From Faecousia sp. (lineage in GTDB: Bacteria; Bacillota; Clostridia; Oscillospirales; Oscillospiraceae), in NCBI GenBank assembly GCA_045644345.1, contig JAZRGR010000225.1:15146-79145 (forward strand): 64,000 nucleotides of DNA. The letters are read 5' to 3'. The notes beneath the pieces were generated by a model. The model did no database searches. It was given only the letters and a program-made list of their open reading frames with translations, and was not told the DNA's origin. Positions 28,293-38,106 of the stretch are shown here, in pieces; position 1 is the first letter of the stretch; every line of letters begins with the position of its first letter. Made by a program: the position numbers and the translations under genes.

Positions 28293-29936
28293 ATGCACTT
28301 AGATAAAACGAAACATGGCTGGTGGAAGGATGCAGTCTTCTATCAGATCTATCCCAAAAGCTTCAAGGACACTACCGGTAACGGGATAGGAGATCTGAGA
28401 GGTATTATTGCAGGTTTAGATCATCTGCAGAAGCTGGGAGTAGACGGGATCTGGATCTCTCCTGTGTGCTGTTCTCCTCAGGTGGACAATGGATATGATA
28501 TTTCGGATTATTGTGGGATCGATCCCATGTTCGGCACCATGGAGGATATGGAAGAACTGATCATGCAGGCAGAGGTTCGCGGAATATCCATTATTTTGGA
28601 TCTGGTCTTAAATCATAGCTCGGATCAGCATTCCTGGTTCCTTGAAGCAAAGAAGGGGCGAGACAACCCTTGTCATGGCTATTACATATGGCGAGATGGG
28701 GATGGCATCACACCTCCTAATGATATGCAGTCTGTATTTGGCGGTCCTGCATGGACCTATGTGCCTGAGCTGGGACAGTATTACTTCCACCAGTTTGCAC
28801 CGGAACAGCCGGATCTGAATTGGGAGAATCCGGAGCTGCGACGGGCTCTTTACGATTCCATTTTATTCTGGGTTCGGAAGGGGGTTAAGGGGTTCCGTTT
28901 GGATGTGATCGATCAGATTGCAAAGGAGCCTGATTCTTATATTACCATTAACGGACCCAAACTCCATGATTATCTTCAGGAGCTTTCTCGGGAAGCGTTC
29001 TACGATAAGAGCCTCGTGACTGTAGGAGAAGCATGGGGAGCAGATGTGGAACGAGCAGCCCTATACAGCTGCGAGGATGGCAGTGAGCTGTCAATGGTGT
29101 TCCAATTTGAGCACATGGGATTGGATCAAGAGCCCGGAGGACCGAAATGGCTTTATCGTCCATTGCACTTGCCGGATCTAAAGAGATGCTACTGTCGCTG
29201 GCAACAGGGGCTTCACGGTCGTGGATGGAATAGTCTGTTTATGAACAACCATGATCTCCCGAGAGTGCTGTCCCGTTGGGGGGATCCCAATGGATATCCG
29301 GTGGAATCTGCCAAAATGCTGGCGACCATGCTATATGGTATGGAAGGGACTCCGTATGTCTACCAGGGTGAGGAATTGGGAATGACCAATATCCGCCTGC
29401 CGATAGATAGGTATGTGGATCTGGAGAGTCGAAATTATTACGAAGAATGTATGTCCCGGGGAGAAGAACACGATGTGGTTATGGAGCGGATCTATGCCCG
29501 TGGGAGAGACAATGCCCGTACCCCCATGCAATGGACGGCAGGGGAGAATGGCGGCTTTACAACAGGAACACCATGGCTCCCGATAAATGAAAATCACCGC
29601 AATATTAATGCGGTGGCACAGTATGAAGATCCCCAGTCGGTATTTACTTATTACCGAACACTGATCGCTCTGCGGAAGAATTACCCGGTGTTTCGTGAAG
29701 GTCGGTATTCCGCGGTGGAAGAGGAAAATCAACAGGTCTTTGCTTACCGTAGAGATTCGCAGCGGGATCATTTGCTGGTAGTATGTAACTTTACGGGAGA
29801 AAAGCAGAGATTCCTTGTGCCTACAGATTTTATGGGGGGAATCAAGCTGATCGGAAATTATGAAGGTGTAGGGGAATGTTTGCGCCCCTATGAGGCATAT
29901 ATGCTGTTTTATGAGGAAAGGAGCAAGGAACAATGA
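28293..29936 (+). CDS. malL: Oligo-1,6-glucosidase / alpha-glucosidase (GH13_31-like)
   Basis: FYQIYPKSF, DNGYDISDY, DLVLNHSS, QPDLNWEN, GFRLDVI, NNHD.PR, RDNARTPMQW. Confidence 0.88.
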   Translation: MHLDKTKHGWWKDAVFYQIYPKSFKDTTGNGIGDLRGIIAGLDHLQKLGVDGIWISPVCCSPQVDNGYDISDYCGIDPMFGTMEDMEELIMQAEVRGISIILDLVLNHSSDQHSWFLEAKKGRDNPCHGYYIWRDGDGITPPNDMQSVFGGPAWTYVPELGQYYFHQFAPEQPDLNWENPELRRALYDSILFWVRKGVKGFRLDVIDQIAKEPDSYITINGPKLHDYLQELSREAFYDKSLVTVGEAWGADVERAALYSCEDGSELSMVFQFEHMGLDQEPGGPKWLYRPLHLPDLKRCYCRWQQGLHGRGWNSLFMNNHDLPRVLSRWGDPNGYPVESAKMLATMLYGMEGTPYVYQGEELGMTNIRLPIDRYVDLESRNYYEECMSRGEEHDVVMERIYARGRDNARTPMQWTAGENGGFTTGTPWLPINENHRNINAVAQYEDPQSVFTYYRTLIALRKNYPVFREGRYSAVEEENQQVFAYRRDSQRDHLLVVCNFTGEKQRFLVPTDFMGGIKLIGNYEGVGECLRPYEAYMLFYEERSKEQ

Positions 29937-31477
29937 AAAGAGAAGCCGGCGTATTGTTATCTGTGACCAGTCTGCCGTCTAAGTACGGCATTGGGTGTTT
30001 TGACAGTGCGGCCTATGAGTTTGTAGACCGTTTGGAACGGGCGGGGCAGAGCTATTGGCAGATCCTGCCGCTTGGATCTGTGAGCCACGGGGGAGCCTTT
30101 GATTCTCCTTATCAGGCATACTCTGCTTTTGCAGGAAATCCCTACTTTATCAGCTTGGATGCACTGATAGAGGAGGGAACTTTAAGCCGTGAGGAATGTG
30201 ATGCTGTAGACTTTGGTTCCGATCCGGGAAAGGTAGACTACGATCTGCTGTTCCAAAATCGATTGCCTCTCCTGCGGAAGGCTTATGAGCGGAGCCATAT
30301 AACGACTGTTCAGGCATATGTGGATTTTACCAGAGAGAACCACTGGTGGTTGGAGGACTATGCCCTCTTTATGGCGGTAAAGGCATTCTTCGGAGGAGAC
30401 AGCTGGACGCAGTGGCCTGAGGACATTCGTATGCACTATGGCTATGCTCTGGACTATTACCGTGAGAAGCTGTATTTTGAGATCGAGTTCCACAAGTATC
30501 TCCAATTTAAGTTTTATGAGCAGTGGAGTAAACTAAAGGCCTATGCCAACAAGAAGAATATTCGCATTGTGGGGGATATACCGATCTATGTTTCTCCGGA
30601 TGGATCCGATGTTTGGGCTCACCCCGAAATGTTCCAGTTGGACAGCAACAACATGCCGACCCGTATTGCAGGCTGTCCGCCGGATAATTTCAGTGCGGAC
30701 GGTCAGGTATGGGGGAACCCTCTGTACAATTGGGAAAAGCATAGAGAGCAGGGATATCATTGGTGGGTCACCCGTATGTGGTATAGCTTCAAGCTCTATG
30801 ACGTGGTACGGATCGACCATTTCCGTGGCTTTGATGAGTATTTCTCCATTCCTGCCAACAGCTTAAAGGCATCCGACGGTCATTGGGAAAAGGGACCGGG
30901 TATGGAATTATTCCATGAACTGAAGAGACAGCTTGGAGAGCGAGGCGTGATTGCCGAGGACCTGGGACTTATGACGGATACGGTCCGTGCCTTGGTCAAG
31001 GACAGTGGGTATCCCAATATGAAGGTCCTGCAATTTGCCTTTGATGCAGAAGATACGGGGTGGGCCAATGAATATTTGCCTCATAACTACGTGCCTAATT
31101 GTGTTGTCTACACGGGAACTCATGATAACGAAACTCTCGCGGGCTGGTTTAATGGTTTGTCTAAGGCTGATCGGGACCATATCCGATATTATATGGGAGA
31201 CACACATACACCAATCAAGCATATGTATAAGAAGTTGATCCGTCTGGCGATGATGAGCTGTTCGAGGATCTGCATCGTTCCCCTTCAGGATTGGATGGGG
31301 TTAGATAACTCTGCCCGGATGAATACCCCCGGCACGGTGGACATTAACTGGAAATGGAGACTGCTTCCCGGACAGATTCCTGAGGGTCTTGAGGAAGAAA
31401 TAATGGAAGTTACGAAATGTTTCGGAAGGCTGAATTGGGAAGCGGTGAATCGAGTTGAAACGGCTTCGGTCAAATAA
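29933..31477 (+). CDS. malQ: 4-alpha-glucanotransferase (GH77)
   Basis: GVLLSVTSLPS, WQILPL, GDIPIYV, GQVWGNPLY, RIDHFRGF, AEDLG, YTGTHDNET, MNTPG. Confidence 0.95.
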   Translation: MKREAGVLLSVTSLPSKYGIGCFDSAAYEFVDRLERAGQSYWQILPLGSVSHGGAFDSPYQAYSAFAGNPYFISLDALIEEGTLSREECDAVDFGSDPGKVDYDLLFQNRLPLLRKAYERSHITTVQAYVDFTRENHWWLEDYALFMAVKAFFGGDSWTQWPEDIRMHYGYALDYYREKLYFEIEFHKYLQFKFYEQWSKLKAYANKKNIRIVGDIPIYVSPDGSDVWAHPEMFQLDSNNMPTRIAGCPPDNFSADGQVWGNPLYNWEKHREQGYHWWVTRMWYSFKLYDVVRIDHFRGFDEYFSIPANSLKASDGHWEKGPGMELFHELKRQLGERGVIAEDLGLMTDTVRALVKDSGYPNMKVLQFAFDAEDTGWANEYLPHNYVPNCVVYTGTHDNETLAGWFNGLSKADRDHIRYYMGDTHTPIKHMYKKLIRLAMMSCSRICIVPLQDWMGLDNSARMNTPGTVDINWKWRLLPGQIPEGLEEEIMEVTKCFGRLNWEAVNRVETASVK

Positions 31478-31569
31478 GAAAGACCGAGGAGAAAAGCAAC
31501 CAAGAGGAAAGAGTTGCCAAATGAGCAGAGTGCACAAAAAATGACAGAAAATTTTTTCTATTTTGGTAG

Positions 31570-31598
31570 TTGACGATTTTACAATGGAATGATATACT
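31570..31598 (+). promoter_or_regulatory. Sigma-A promoter of the maltodextrin ABC operon
   Basis: TTGACG-N17-TATACT with extended -10 TG. Confidence 0.8.
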
Positions 31599-31739
31599 AT
31601 TGGTGCTGAAGGACAAATGCACCATTAATTGACGCAAGAAACGGTGTTTCGTAAAGTTTCGATACGTCTTTCTGCACTACAACATGGCATCACCGGGGAT
31701 ATCCCCGTGGTAGCAATAAACAACAAATCTTAGGAGGAA

Positions 31740-32972
31740 ATGAAAATGAAGAAAATCATTGCACTGCTTCTGGCGATTGCAATGGTCGCAGCTCTCTTCG
31801 TAGGCTGTGGACAGAAGACCGAGAAGATCACCCTGACCGTTTGGGGCCCCTCTGCAGACCAGGATCCCGCTACCGGCAACTGGCTGAAGACCATGTGTGA
31901 CAAGTTCAATGAAGCACATCCCGAATGGGACATCACTTTCGAGTACGGCGTATGCGGCGAGAACGATGCAGCTACCAAGGTTACTGCTGACCCCTCTGCT
32001 GCAGGCGATGTTTATTTCTTCGCCAACGACCAGATCGGCAACCTGCTTCAGGCAAATGCTATCGCTGAGTTCGGCGGTGCTAACCTGGAAGCTATCAAGA
32101 CCGGTTCTTCCGACGCTATGCTGGGTTCCGTTACCTACACTGACGGCGGTGTTTACGGCGTTCCCTTCACCGGTAACACTTGGTTCATGATGTACAACAA
32201 GTCCGTCTACACCGAAGAGGACATTAAGAGCCTGGACACCATGCTGTCCAAGGGCAAGGTTGCCTTCAACACCGGCGACGGCTGGTATCTGGCTTCCTTC
32301 TATGTTGCTAACGGTGGCACCCTGTACGGTGAGACCGGTATCGACGCTGCTGCAGGCATCGATTTCGGCGGCGAGAAGGGTCTGGCAGTTACCAACTACC
32401 TGGTTGACATGTGCAACAACCCCAACTATATCATCGACGCTAACAACGAAGTCGGTCTGTCCCTCATGGCTGAGGGTGGCTGCGATGCATTCTTCTCCGG
32501 CACTTGGAAGGCTGACGCTGCCAAGGCTGCTCTGGGCGAGAACTTTGCTGCTGCTCAGCTCCCCACCATCACCATCAACGGCGAAGCAAAGCAGATGAAG
32601 GCTTTTGCAGGCTCCAAGGCCATCGCTGTCAACCCCAACTGCAAGTACCCCGCTGTTGCAGCTGCTCTGGCTGTATATCTGGGCTCTGCTGAGGCTCAGC
32701 TGGCTCACTACGAGATGTGCGGTGTTATTCCCTGCCATCCCGAGCTGACCACCAATGAGACCATCATGGCTGACCCCGTTGCAAAGGCTCAGCTGGATGT
32801 TATCGCTAACACCTCCGTTACCCAGCCCCTGGTTCCCGATATGGGCAACAACTACTGGACTCCCGCCGGCAACTTCGGTGGCGAGCTGAATAACAAGACC
32901 ATCACCCACGAGAACGCTGAGGAAAAGACCCAGGCTTTCGTCGACGCCATCAACGGCAAGGGCGGTCTGTAA
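31740..32972 (+). CDS. Maltose/maltodextrin ABC transporter substrate-binding lipoprotein
   Basis: Lipobox LFVG-C; DVYFFANDQI, YGVPFTGNT, FSGTW, AAAQLPT; starch-gene context. Confidence 0.9.
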   Translation: MKMKKIIALLLAIAMVAALFVGCGQKTEKITLTVWGPSADQDPATGNWLKTMCDKFNEAHPEWDITFEYGVCGENDAATKVTADPSAAGDVYFFANDQIGNLLQANAIAEFGGANLEAIKTGSSDAMLGSVTYTDGGVYGVPFTGNTWFMMYNKSVYTEEDIKSLDTMLSKGKVAFNTGDGWYLASFYVANGGTLYGETGIDAAAGIDFGGEKGLAVTNYLVDMCNNPNYIIDANNEVGLSLMAEGGCDAFFSGTWKADAAKAALGENFAAAQLPTITINGEAKQMKAFAGSKAIAVNPNCKYPAVAAALAVYLGSAEAQLAHYEMCGVIPCHPELTTNETIMADPVAKAQLDVIANTSVTQPLVPDMGNNYWTPAGNFGGELNNKTITHENAEEKTQAFVDAINGKGGL

Positions 32973-33229
32973 TTTTCGGACATATTCCGCTTGATTGAAC
33001 AAATACCGGCGGCGGTCAGATCTCACATCTGACCGCCGTTATTTTAATCCGTGAGGAGGAATTTTCCTTCTGCGGTTTTTCTGTCATTATACTGCGGACC
33101 TGTGGGATAGGGAAGGGGCTGGTTCATGCTCATCCCTTTGCTACCCCATTTGTCCGGAGTGTGAATGACAGGTTTGCAATGCTTTTGGAAATAGAGAAAT
33201 ATGAGAGAAATTTGAAAGGAGATAGAATT

Positions 33230-34612
33230 GTGACAACAACACGGAAGTTAAAGAGACAAAACAAGACGAATCCCTATTCACTCCGTAGCGCGCTGTCCAA
33301 TGGCGGGACCAAGGTTTGGTTGTCCTGCTTGATTATGGGATTAGGTAATATTTTTGCCGGTCAAATTCTAAAGGGCGTATTATTCTTCCTTGTGGAGGCT
33401 GCGCTTATTCTTTTTCTGCTACTGCCTCAAGGCGGTATCCATTGGCTGTCAATGCTGCCCAGCTTAGGTTGGCTGGAGCAGGGTAAGGTTTTTGATGAAG
33501 AGCTGGGCGTATTTATTTATTCTGCGGGACACCAGTCCCAGTTGATCCTTCTGTACGGTGTAGCGACTATTGTTGCTATTTGTTTCGTAGGGTTGATATG
33601 GTACTATTCTGTTACCAACGGATACAAGGTTCTCACCTTCCGGAAGGAAGGTAAGCACGTCCCTACCTTTAAGGAGGATCTGCTTTCTCTGCTGGATAAG
33701 AATGTCCACATTACGCTGATGTCTCCTCCTCTGATCTGCCTGACTATTTTTACGGTAGTTCCTCTCATCTACATGATGTGTATGGCATTTACCAATTATT
33801 CCAAGATCGATAATCATTTGGTCCTGTTTGATTGGGTTGGTCTTGAGAATTTTGCATCCATGCTCAACGCAGGCTCCTCTATAGGACGGGAGTTCTGGGG
33901 AGTGCTCGGCTGGACTATCGTTTGGGCATTCTTTGCCACCTTCCTAAATTTCTTTATGGGCACGATCGTTGCCATGATCATCAATCGCAAAGGGACACGT
34001 CTCAAGAGCCTCTGGAGAGGCTGTCTGTGTGTTACCATTGCGGTTCCTCAGTTCGTATCTCTGCTGGTCATGCGTTCCATGCTGCAGCCCCAGGGCATTG
34101 TGAATCAGATGCTTATGGAGTGGGGATGGATCAACGAGGCTCTACCTTTCTTTACCAATACGACATGGGCTCGTGTGACTGTCATTATTATCAACCTGTG
34201 GGTCGGCATTCCTTACACCATTATGCAGGTTACCGGCATTCTGAAGAACATCCCGGCAGAGCAGTACGAGGCTGCTCGTATGGATGGCGCCAATGTGTTC
34301 CAGGAGTTTATCCATGTGACGTTGCCTTACATGATTTTCGTTATGACACCCTACATCATTACCCAGTTTACCGGTAATATCAACAACTTTAACGTCATTT
34401 ATCTGCTGTCCGGCGGTGCACCTCAGAGCATCGAGAATACCGCAGGCTCCACAGATCTTCTGGTTACCTGGCTGTATAAGCTGTCTGTAGATCAGCAGAA
34501 GTATAATTTGGCTGCGGTTATCGGCATCTTGACCTTTATTGTTCTGTCCGTTGTTTCCCTGGTTACTTACCGTAGCTCAAAATCCTATAAAGAAGAGGAG
34601 GGCTTTAAATAA
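33230..34612 (+). CDS. Maltodextrin ABC permease (MalF/MdxF-like)
   Basis: Multi-TM; AFTNY, GIPY, YEAARMDGA EAA motif, FNNFNVIYLL; GTG start after AAAGGAG. Confidence 0.9.
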   Translation: MTTTRKLKRQNKTNPYSLRSALSNGGTKVWLSCLIMGLGNIFAGQILKGVLFFLVEAALILFLLLPQGGIHWLSMLPSLGWLEQGKVFDEELGVFIYSAGHQSQLILLYGVATIVAICFVGLIWYYSVTNGYKVLTFRKEGKHVPTFKEDLLSLLDKNVHITLMSPPLICLTIFTVVPLIYMMCMAFTNYSKIDNHLVLFDWVGLENFASMLNAGSSIGREFWGVLGWTIVWAFFATFLNFFMGTIVAMIINRKGTRLKSLWRGCLCVTIAVPQFVSLLVMRSMLQPQGIVNQMLMEWGWINEALPFFTNTTWARVTVIIINLWVGIPYTIMQVTGILKNIPAEQYEAARMDGANVFQEFIHVTLPYMIFVMTPYIITQFTGNINNFNVIYLLSGGAPQSIENTAGSTDLLVTWLYKLSVDQQKYNLAAVIGILTFIVLSVVSLVTYRSSKSYKEEEGFK

Positions 34613-35487
34613 TGGCAAAGAAAACTATACGTTCCTCTGCTAAGAGGAGAAAAATTGCATCCAATTCCGTAGTTCATATTTTCCTTGCAATTATGTGTAT
34701 CGTTTGGCTCCTGCCTCTTGCATGGATCGTGATCCATTCCTTCCGCGCAGAGCCCGGTCAGTTCATCCGTACCTTGCTCCCCAAGTCCTATACTCTGGAC
34801 AACTATAAGCGGCTATTTACAGAGACCGGTATTATCAACTTCCCTCGGATGTTCCTGAATACCCTGTTTATTGCTATATGCTCCTGTCTTCTCAGCACAT
34901 TCTTCGTGCTGTCTGTAAGCTACTGCACCAGCCGTCTGCGCTTCAAGTTCCGCAAGCCCTATATGAATATTGCTATGATCCTGAATCTGTTCCCCGGATT
35001 TATGTCCATGATCGCAGTGTACTTCATCCTTAAGGCTTTCGGTCTGACTGAGGGTGCTATGATCCCCTTTGCTATGATCCTATGCTTCTCGGCAGGTGCC
35101 GGTACCGGCTTCTATATTGTCAAGGGTTATATGGATACGATCCCCAAGGCATTGGATGAGGCGGCATACTTGGATGGTGCTACTCGCTGGCAGACCTTTA
35201 CCAAGATCACTCTCCCCATGTGTAAGCCCATTATTGTGTATCAGCTCATTACCTCCTTTATGGGTCCCTGGTTGGACTTCGTTATGGCAAAGCTGATTGC
35301 CGGTGCCAATGCTAAATATTTTACCGTTTCTATCGGCCTGTGGAACATGATGGAGAAGGAATATGTCTACGATTGGTTTACCCGTTTTGCCGCCGGTGCG
35401 GTTCTGGTTTCTATTCCCATTGCGGGCTTGTTCCTCTATACCCAGAAGTTCTATCAGGAAGCTATGAGCGGCTCCGTTAAGGGCTAA
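34612..35487 (+). CDS. Maltodextrin ABC permease (MalG/MdxG-like)
   Basis: KGYMDTIPKALDEAAYLDGA EAA loop; FAAGAVLVSIP; coupled to the upstream stop. Confidence 0.92.
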   Translation: MAKKTIRSSAKRRKIASNSVVHIFLAIMCIVWLLPLAWIVIHSFRAEPGQFIRTLLPKSYTLDNYKRLFTETGIINFPRMFLNTLFIAICSCLLSTFFVLSVSYCTSRLRFKFRKPYMNIAMILNLFPGFMSMIAVYFILKAFGLTEGAMIPFAMILCFSAGAGTGFYIVKGYMDTIPKALDEAAYLDGATRWQTFTKITLPMCKPIIVYQLITSFMGPWLDFVMAKLIAGANAKYFTVSIGLWNMMEKEYVYDWFTRFAAGAVLVSIPIAGLFLYTQKFYQEAMSGSVKG

Positions 35488-35490
35488 AGT

Positions 35491-37095
35491 ATGCGAAAAC
35501 TCACGAAGCTCATTTGTTTGATTATGGCGATGACCTTAATGTGGGGGTGCGGTTCTTCTATAGAGGAACGGATGGATCAAATCAGAGCCTTGGGACAGGG
35601 GCCTAATGATAACTACCGTACCTGGTATGAGATCTTTGTCTATTCGTTCTGTGATTCCAATGCAGATGGCATCGGCGATCTGCAAGGTGTCCGATCCAAA
35701 CTGGATTATCTGCAGGAATTGGGGGTCACAGGCATTTGGCTCATGCCGATCCATCCCAGCACATCTTATCATAAATACAATGTTTCGGATTACTATGCCA
35801 TAGATCCGACTTACGGCTCCATAGAGGACTTTGAAGCCCTTCTGGAAGATTGCCACGAGCGGGGGATCAAGGTTATTTTAGATCTTGTGGTCAACCACTG
35901 CGGTTCGGCACATCCCTGGTTTGCGCAGGTACAGGCCTATGTCAGTTCTCTAAAAAAGGGAGAACAACCGGACCCTGTGCAGTGTCCGTATGTGGAATTC
36001 TTCAACATTACAGATGAATTCCGGGCAGGGTATAAGGAAATCGGTGCTTCCGGTAAATATTATGAGTGTCGCTTCTCCTCTTCTATGCCGGATCTGAATT
36101 TGGATGAGCCTGTTGTTCGGCAAGAGATTCGTGATATCATGGCATTCTGGCTAAGCAAGGGTGTGGATGGATTCCGTTTGGACGCGGCTAAGGAATACTG
36201 GACCGGAAATGCGGACAAGAACATAGAGTTTTTGTCCTGGATCCAAAATGTGGCTACAGAGCTGAAGCCGGATGTATATCTGGTTGCGGAGGTATGGGAT
36301 ACCTTCGGTGAGATCACCAAGTATTATACCAGCGGAATCACAAGCCTCTTTGATTTTCCATTTGCCAACACAGACGGAAAGATCGTTTCTGTCCTCCGGG
36401 GAGCGGGGAACGGATCTGTCGTTTCGACATACGCCACCGCACTGGAGAAGGCAGATAAGGCATATTTGGACTCTAACGAGTCCTATGTAGATGCACCATT
36501 CCTGTCTAATCACGATGTGGGACGGATCGCAGGCTTTGTTTCTCAGGATGAGAACAAGACAAAGCTTGCAGGGGCAATGAATCTTTTCATGGGTGGCAGT
36601 GCTTTCATTTACTATGGTGAGGAGATCGGCATGGTTGGGTCAGGAAATGATCCCTCCAAGAGAGCCCCTATGTACTGGAACCCGGAACGGAATTGCGGTA
36701 CTACGCAAGCACCCCCGGAATGTGTTCTTCCGGACAGCTATCCCTTCGGTAGCTTGGTGGAGCAGCAGGAGGATGAGCTGTCTGTTTACAATTATTACCG
36801 ACAGGCTATTGCTATCCGTAATGCATTGCCACAGGTATCCCGCGGAAGGACAGTGGCAGAAACCCTATTGAACCGAGGCTGTGTCAGCGCACAGCGGAAG
36901 GTATGGGGAGATAGGGAATGCATCATACTGATGAATATCGACGGACAAGAAGCCACTGTGGACTTGTCCGGCTATGAGAGCTGGTCCCTGGGAGCGACCC
37001 TTACTGTTGACCGCGAGAAGGTGAGGGAGCAGAGCGAAGGGTTGATCCTTCCGCCCTGGGCTGTAGCTATACTGATTCCCATGCAGGGATCGTGA
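35491..37095 (+). CDS. Lipoprotein alpha-amylase (GH13)
   Basis: Lipobox LMWG-C; YEIFVYSF.DS..DGIGDL, DLVVNH, MPDLN, DGFRLDAAK, FLSNHD. Confidence 0.88.
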   Translation: MRKLTKLICLIMAMTLMWGCGSSIEERMDQIRALGQGPNDNYRTWYEIFVYSFCDSNADGIGDLQGVRSKLDYLQELGVTGIWLMPIHPSTSYHKYNVSDYYAIDPTYGSIEDFEALLEDCHERGIKVILDLVVNHCGSAHPWFAQVQAYVSSLKKGEQPDPVQCPYVEFFNITDEFRAGYKEIGASGKYYECRFSSSMPDLNLDEPVVRQEIRDIMAFWLSKGVDGFRLDAAKEYWTGNADKNIEFLSWIQNVATELKPDVYLVAEVWDTFGEITKYYTSGITSLFDFPFANTDGKIVSVLRGAGNGSVVSTYATALEKADKAYLDSNESYVDAPFLSNHDVGRIAGFVSQDENKTKLAGAMNLFMGGSAFIYYGEEIGMVGSGNDPSKRAPMYWNPERNCGTTQAPPECVLPDSYPFGSLVEQQEDELSVYNYYRQAIAIRNALPQVSRGRTVAETLLNRGCVSAQRKVWGDRECIILMNIDGQEATVDLSGYESWSLGATLTVDREKVREQSEGLILPPWAVAILIPMQGS

Positions 37096-37902
37096 TTGAT
37101 TGAAAGACGAAAGGGGCTTCCTATGGACAGCTTAAAGGAACGACCTGCAACGGGTCTTACTACTCAAGCTCTGCGAGTTTGGGCACTTGTTTTTGCGGCT
37201 GCCGGGATCCTGGGCAGGGGACTGCTTCAAAACGGATTCCTGCAGGTTACCCTGTTGGACGGAGAAGAATTGTTGGCACTTCTTAACGGCTCTAACAGAA
37301 CCATGATTCTCGCCACTGTTTCAATTGTTCTCCAAGCAGTAGAGACCTGTGCTATTCCGATTTTTGCGTTCCTTTTAGTAGAGGGGATACAGCATACGTC
37401 CTCTGTACGACGGTACTTCCTGCGTGTTCTAATGGTAGCAGTGATCAGTGAGCTGCCTTACAATCTGGCAATGTGGGGTAAGTGGACGGAGTTGCAGAGT
37501 CGCAATCCGGTATTCGGTCTGGTTATTAGCCTTGTGGTACTATATTTCTTCCGCCGCTACAGCGATAAGAGTCCCGGACAGTATTTGATCCGCATATTTG
37601 TGGTTCTTGCTGCTGTTCTATGGACGGGATTTTTAGGCATAGAATATGGTATGCCTACGCTTATTCTGAGTGTTGTTCTGTGGGCTGTACGGAATTATCC
37701 CAAGTATCGGATCTTGGTAGGCGCCCTTGCGGCTGCGGTATGCTGTATGTTCTCACTGTTTTTTATGGCTGCAGCTATGAGCTTTCTGATTCTTCATTTT
37801 TACGAGGGAGAAAAGGGAACAGGTTCCCGTCTTGCAAATTACGGGATATATCCCTTACTACTGCTCCTCGTTGGATTGGTTGCAAACTATGTGATTCCAT
37901 AG
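37096..37902 (+). CDS. TraX-family membrane protein (putative acyltransferase); start possibly ATG ~37123
   Basis: AIPIFAFLLVEG..HT...RYFLR...A.ISE.PYNL, NPVFGL, EYG, FYEGEKG, YGIYP..LL. Confidence 0.75.
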   Translation: MIERRKGLPMDSLKERPATGLTTQALRVWALVFAAAGILGRGLLQNGFLQVTLLDGEELLALLNGSNRTMILATVSIVLQAVETCAIPIFAFLLVEGIQHTSSVRRYFLRVLMVAVISELPYNLAMWGKWTELQSRNPVFGLVISLVVLYFFRRYSDKSPGQYLIRIFVVLAAVLWTGFLGIEYGMPTLILSVVLWAVRNYPKYRILVGALAAAVCCMFSLFFMAAAMSFLILHFYEGEKGTGSRLANYGIYPLLLLLVGLVANYVIP

Positions 37903-37924
37903 TGCAATAGGAAAAATTTTACAC

Positions 37925-37970
37925 AAAATACCGCTGTATGGAGAGGAAACCCGTACAGTGGTATTTTTTT
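37925..37970 (+). terminator. Terminator of the maltodextrin operon
   Basis: AAAATACCGCTGTATGG / CCGTACAGTGGTATTTT stem (with G-U pairs) plus T-run. Confidence 0.75.
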
Positions 37971-37980
37971 GTATTTCTGT

Positions 37981-38009
37981 TTGACAAAAACTCTATTATG
38001 GGTTAAACT
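37981..38009 (+). promoter_or_regulatory. Sigma-A promoter of the triple-glycosidase gene
   Basis: TTGACA-N17-TAAACT. Confidence 0.75.
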
Positions 38010-38106
38010 AGATAATGGATTTATTTGCACTGTATCTTTTCGTTCCCATGCCCATGGGGAACGTAATGATAAACAAAATCCTTATGGAAAGAAAAGGAGA
38101 AACACT

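Noticed and set aside
31677-33026. 449-codon antisense ORF over the ABC substrate-binding gene
   Set aside because: Same codon-bias shadow effect in a strongly biased gene.
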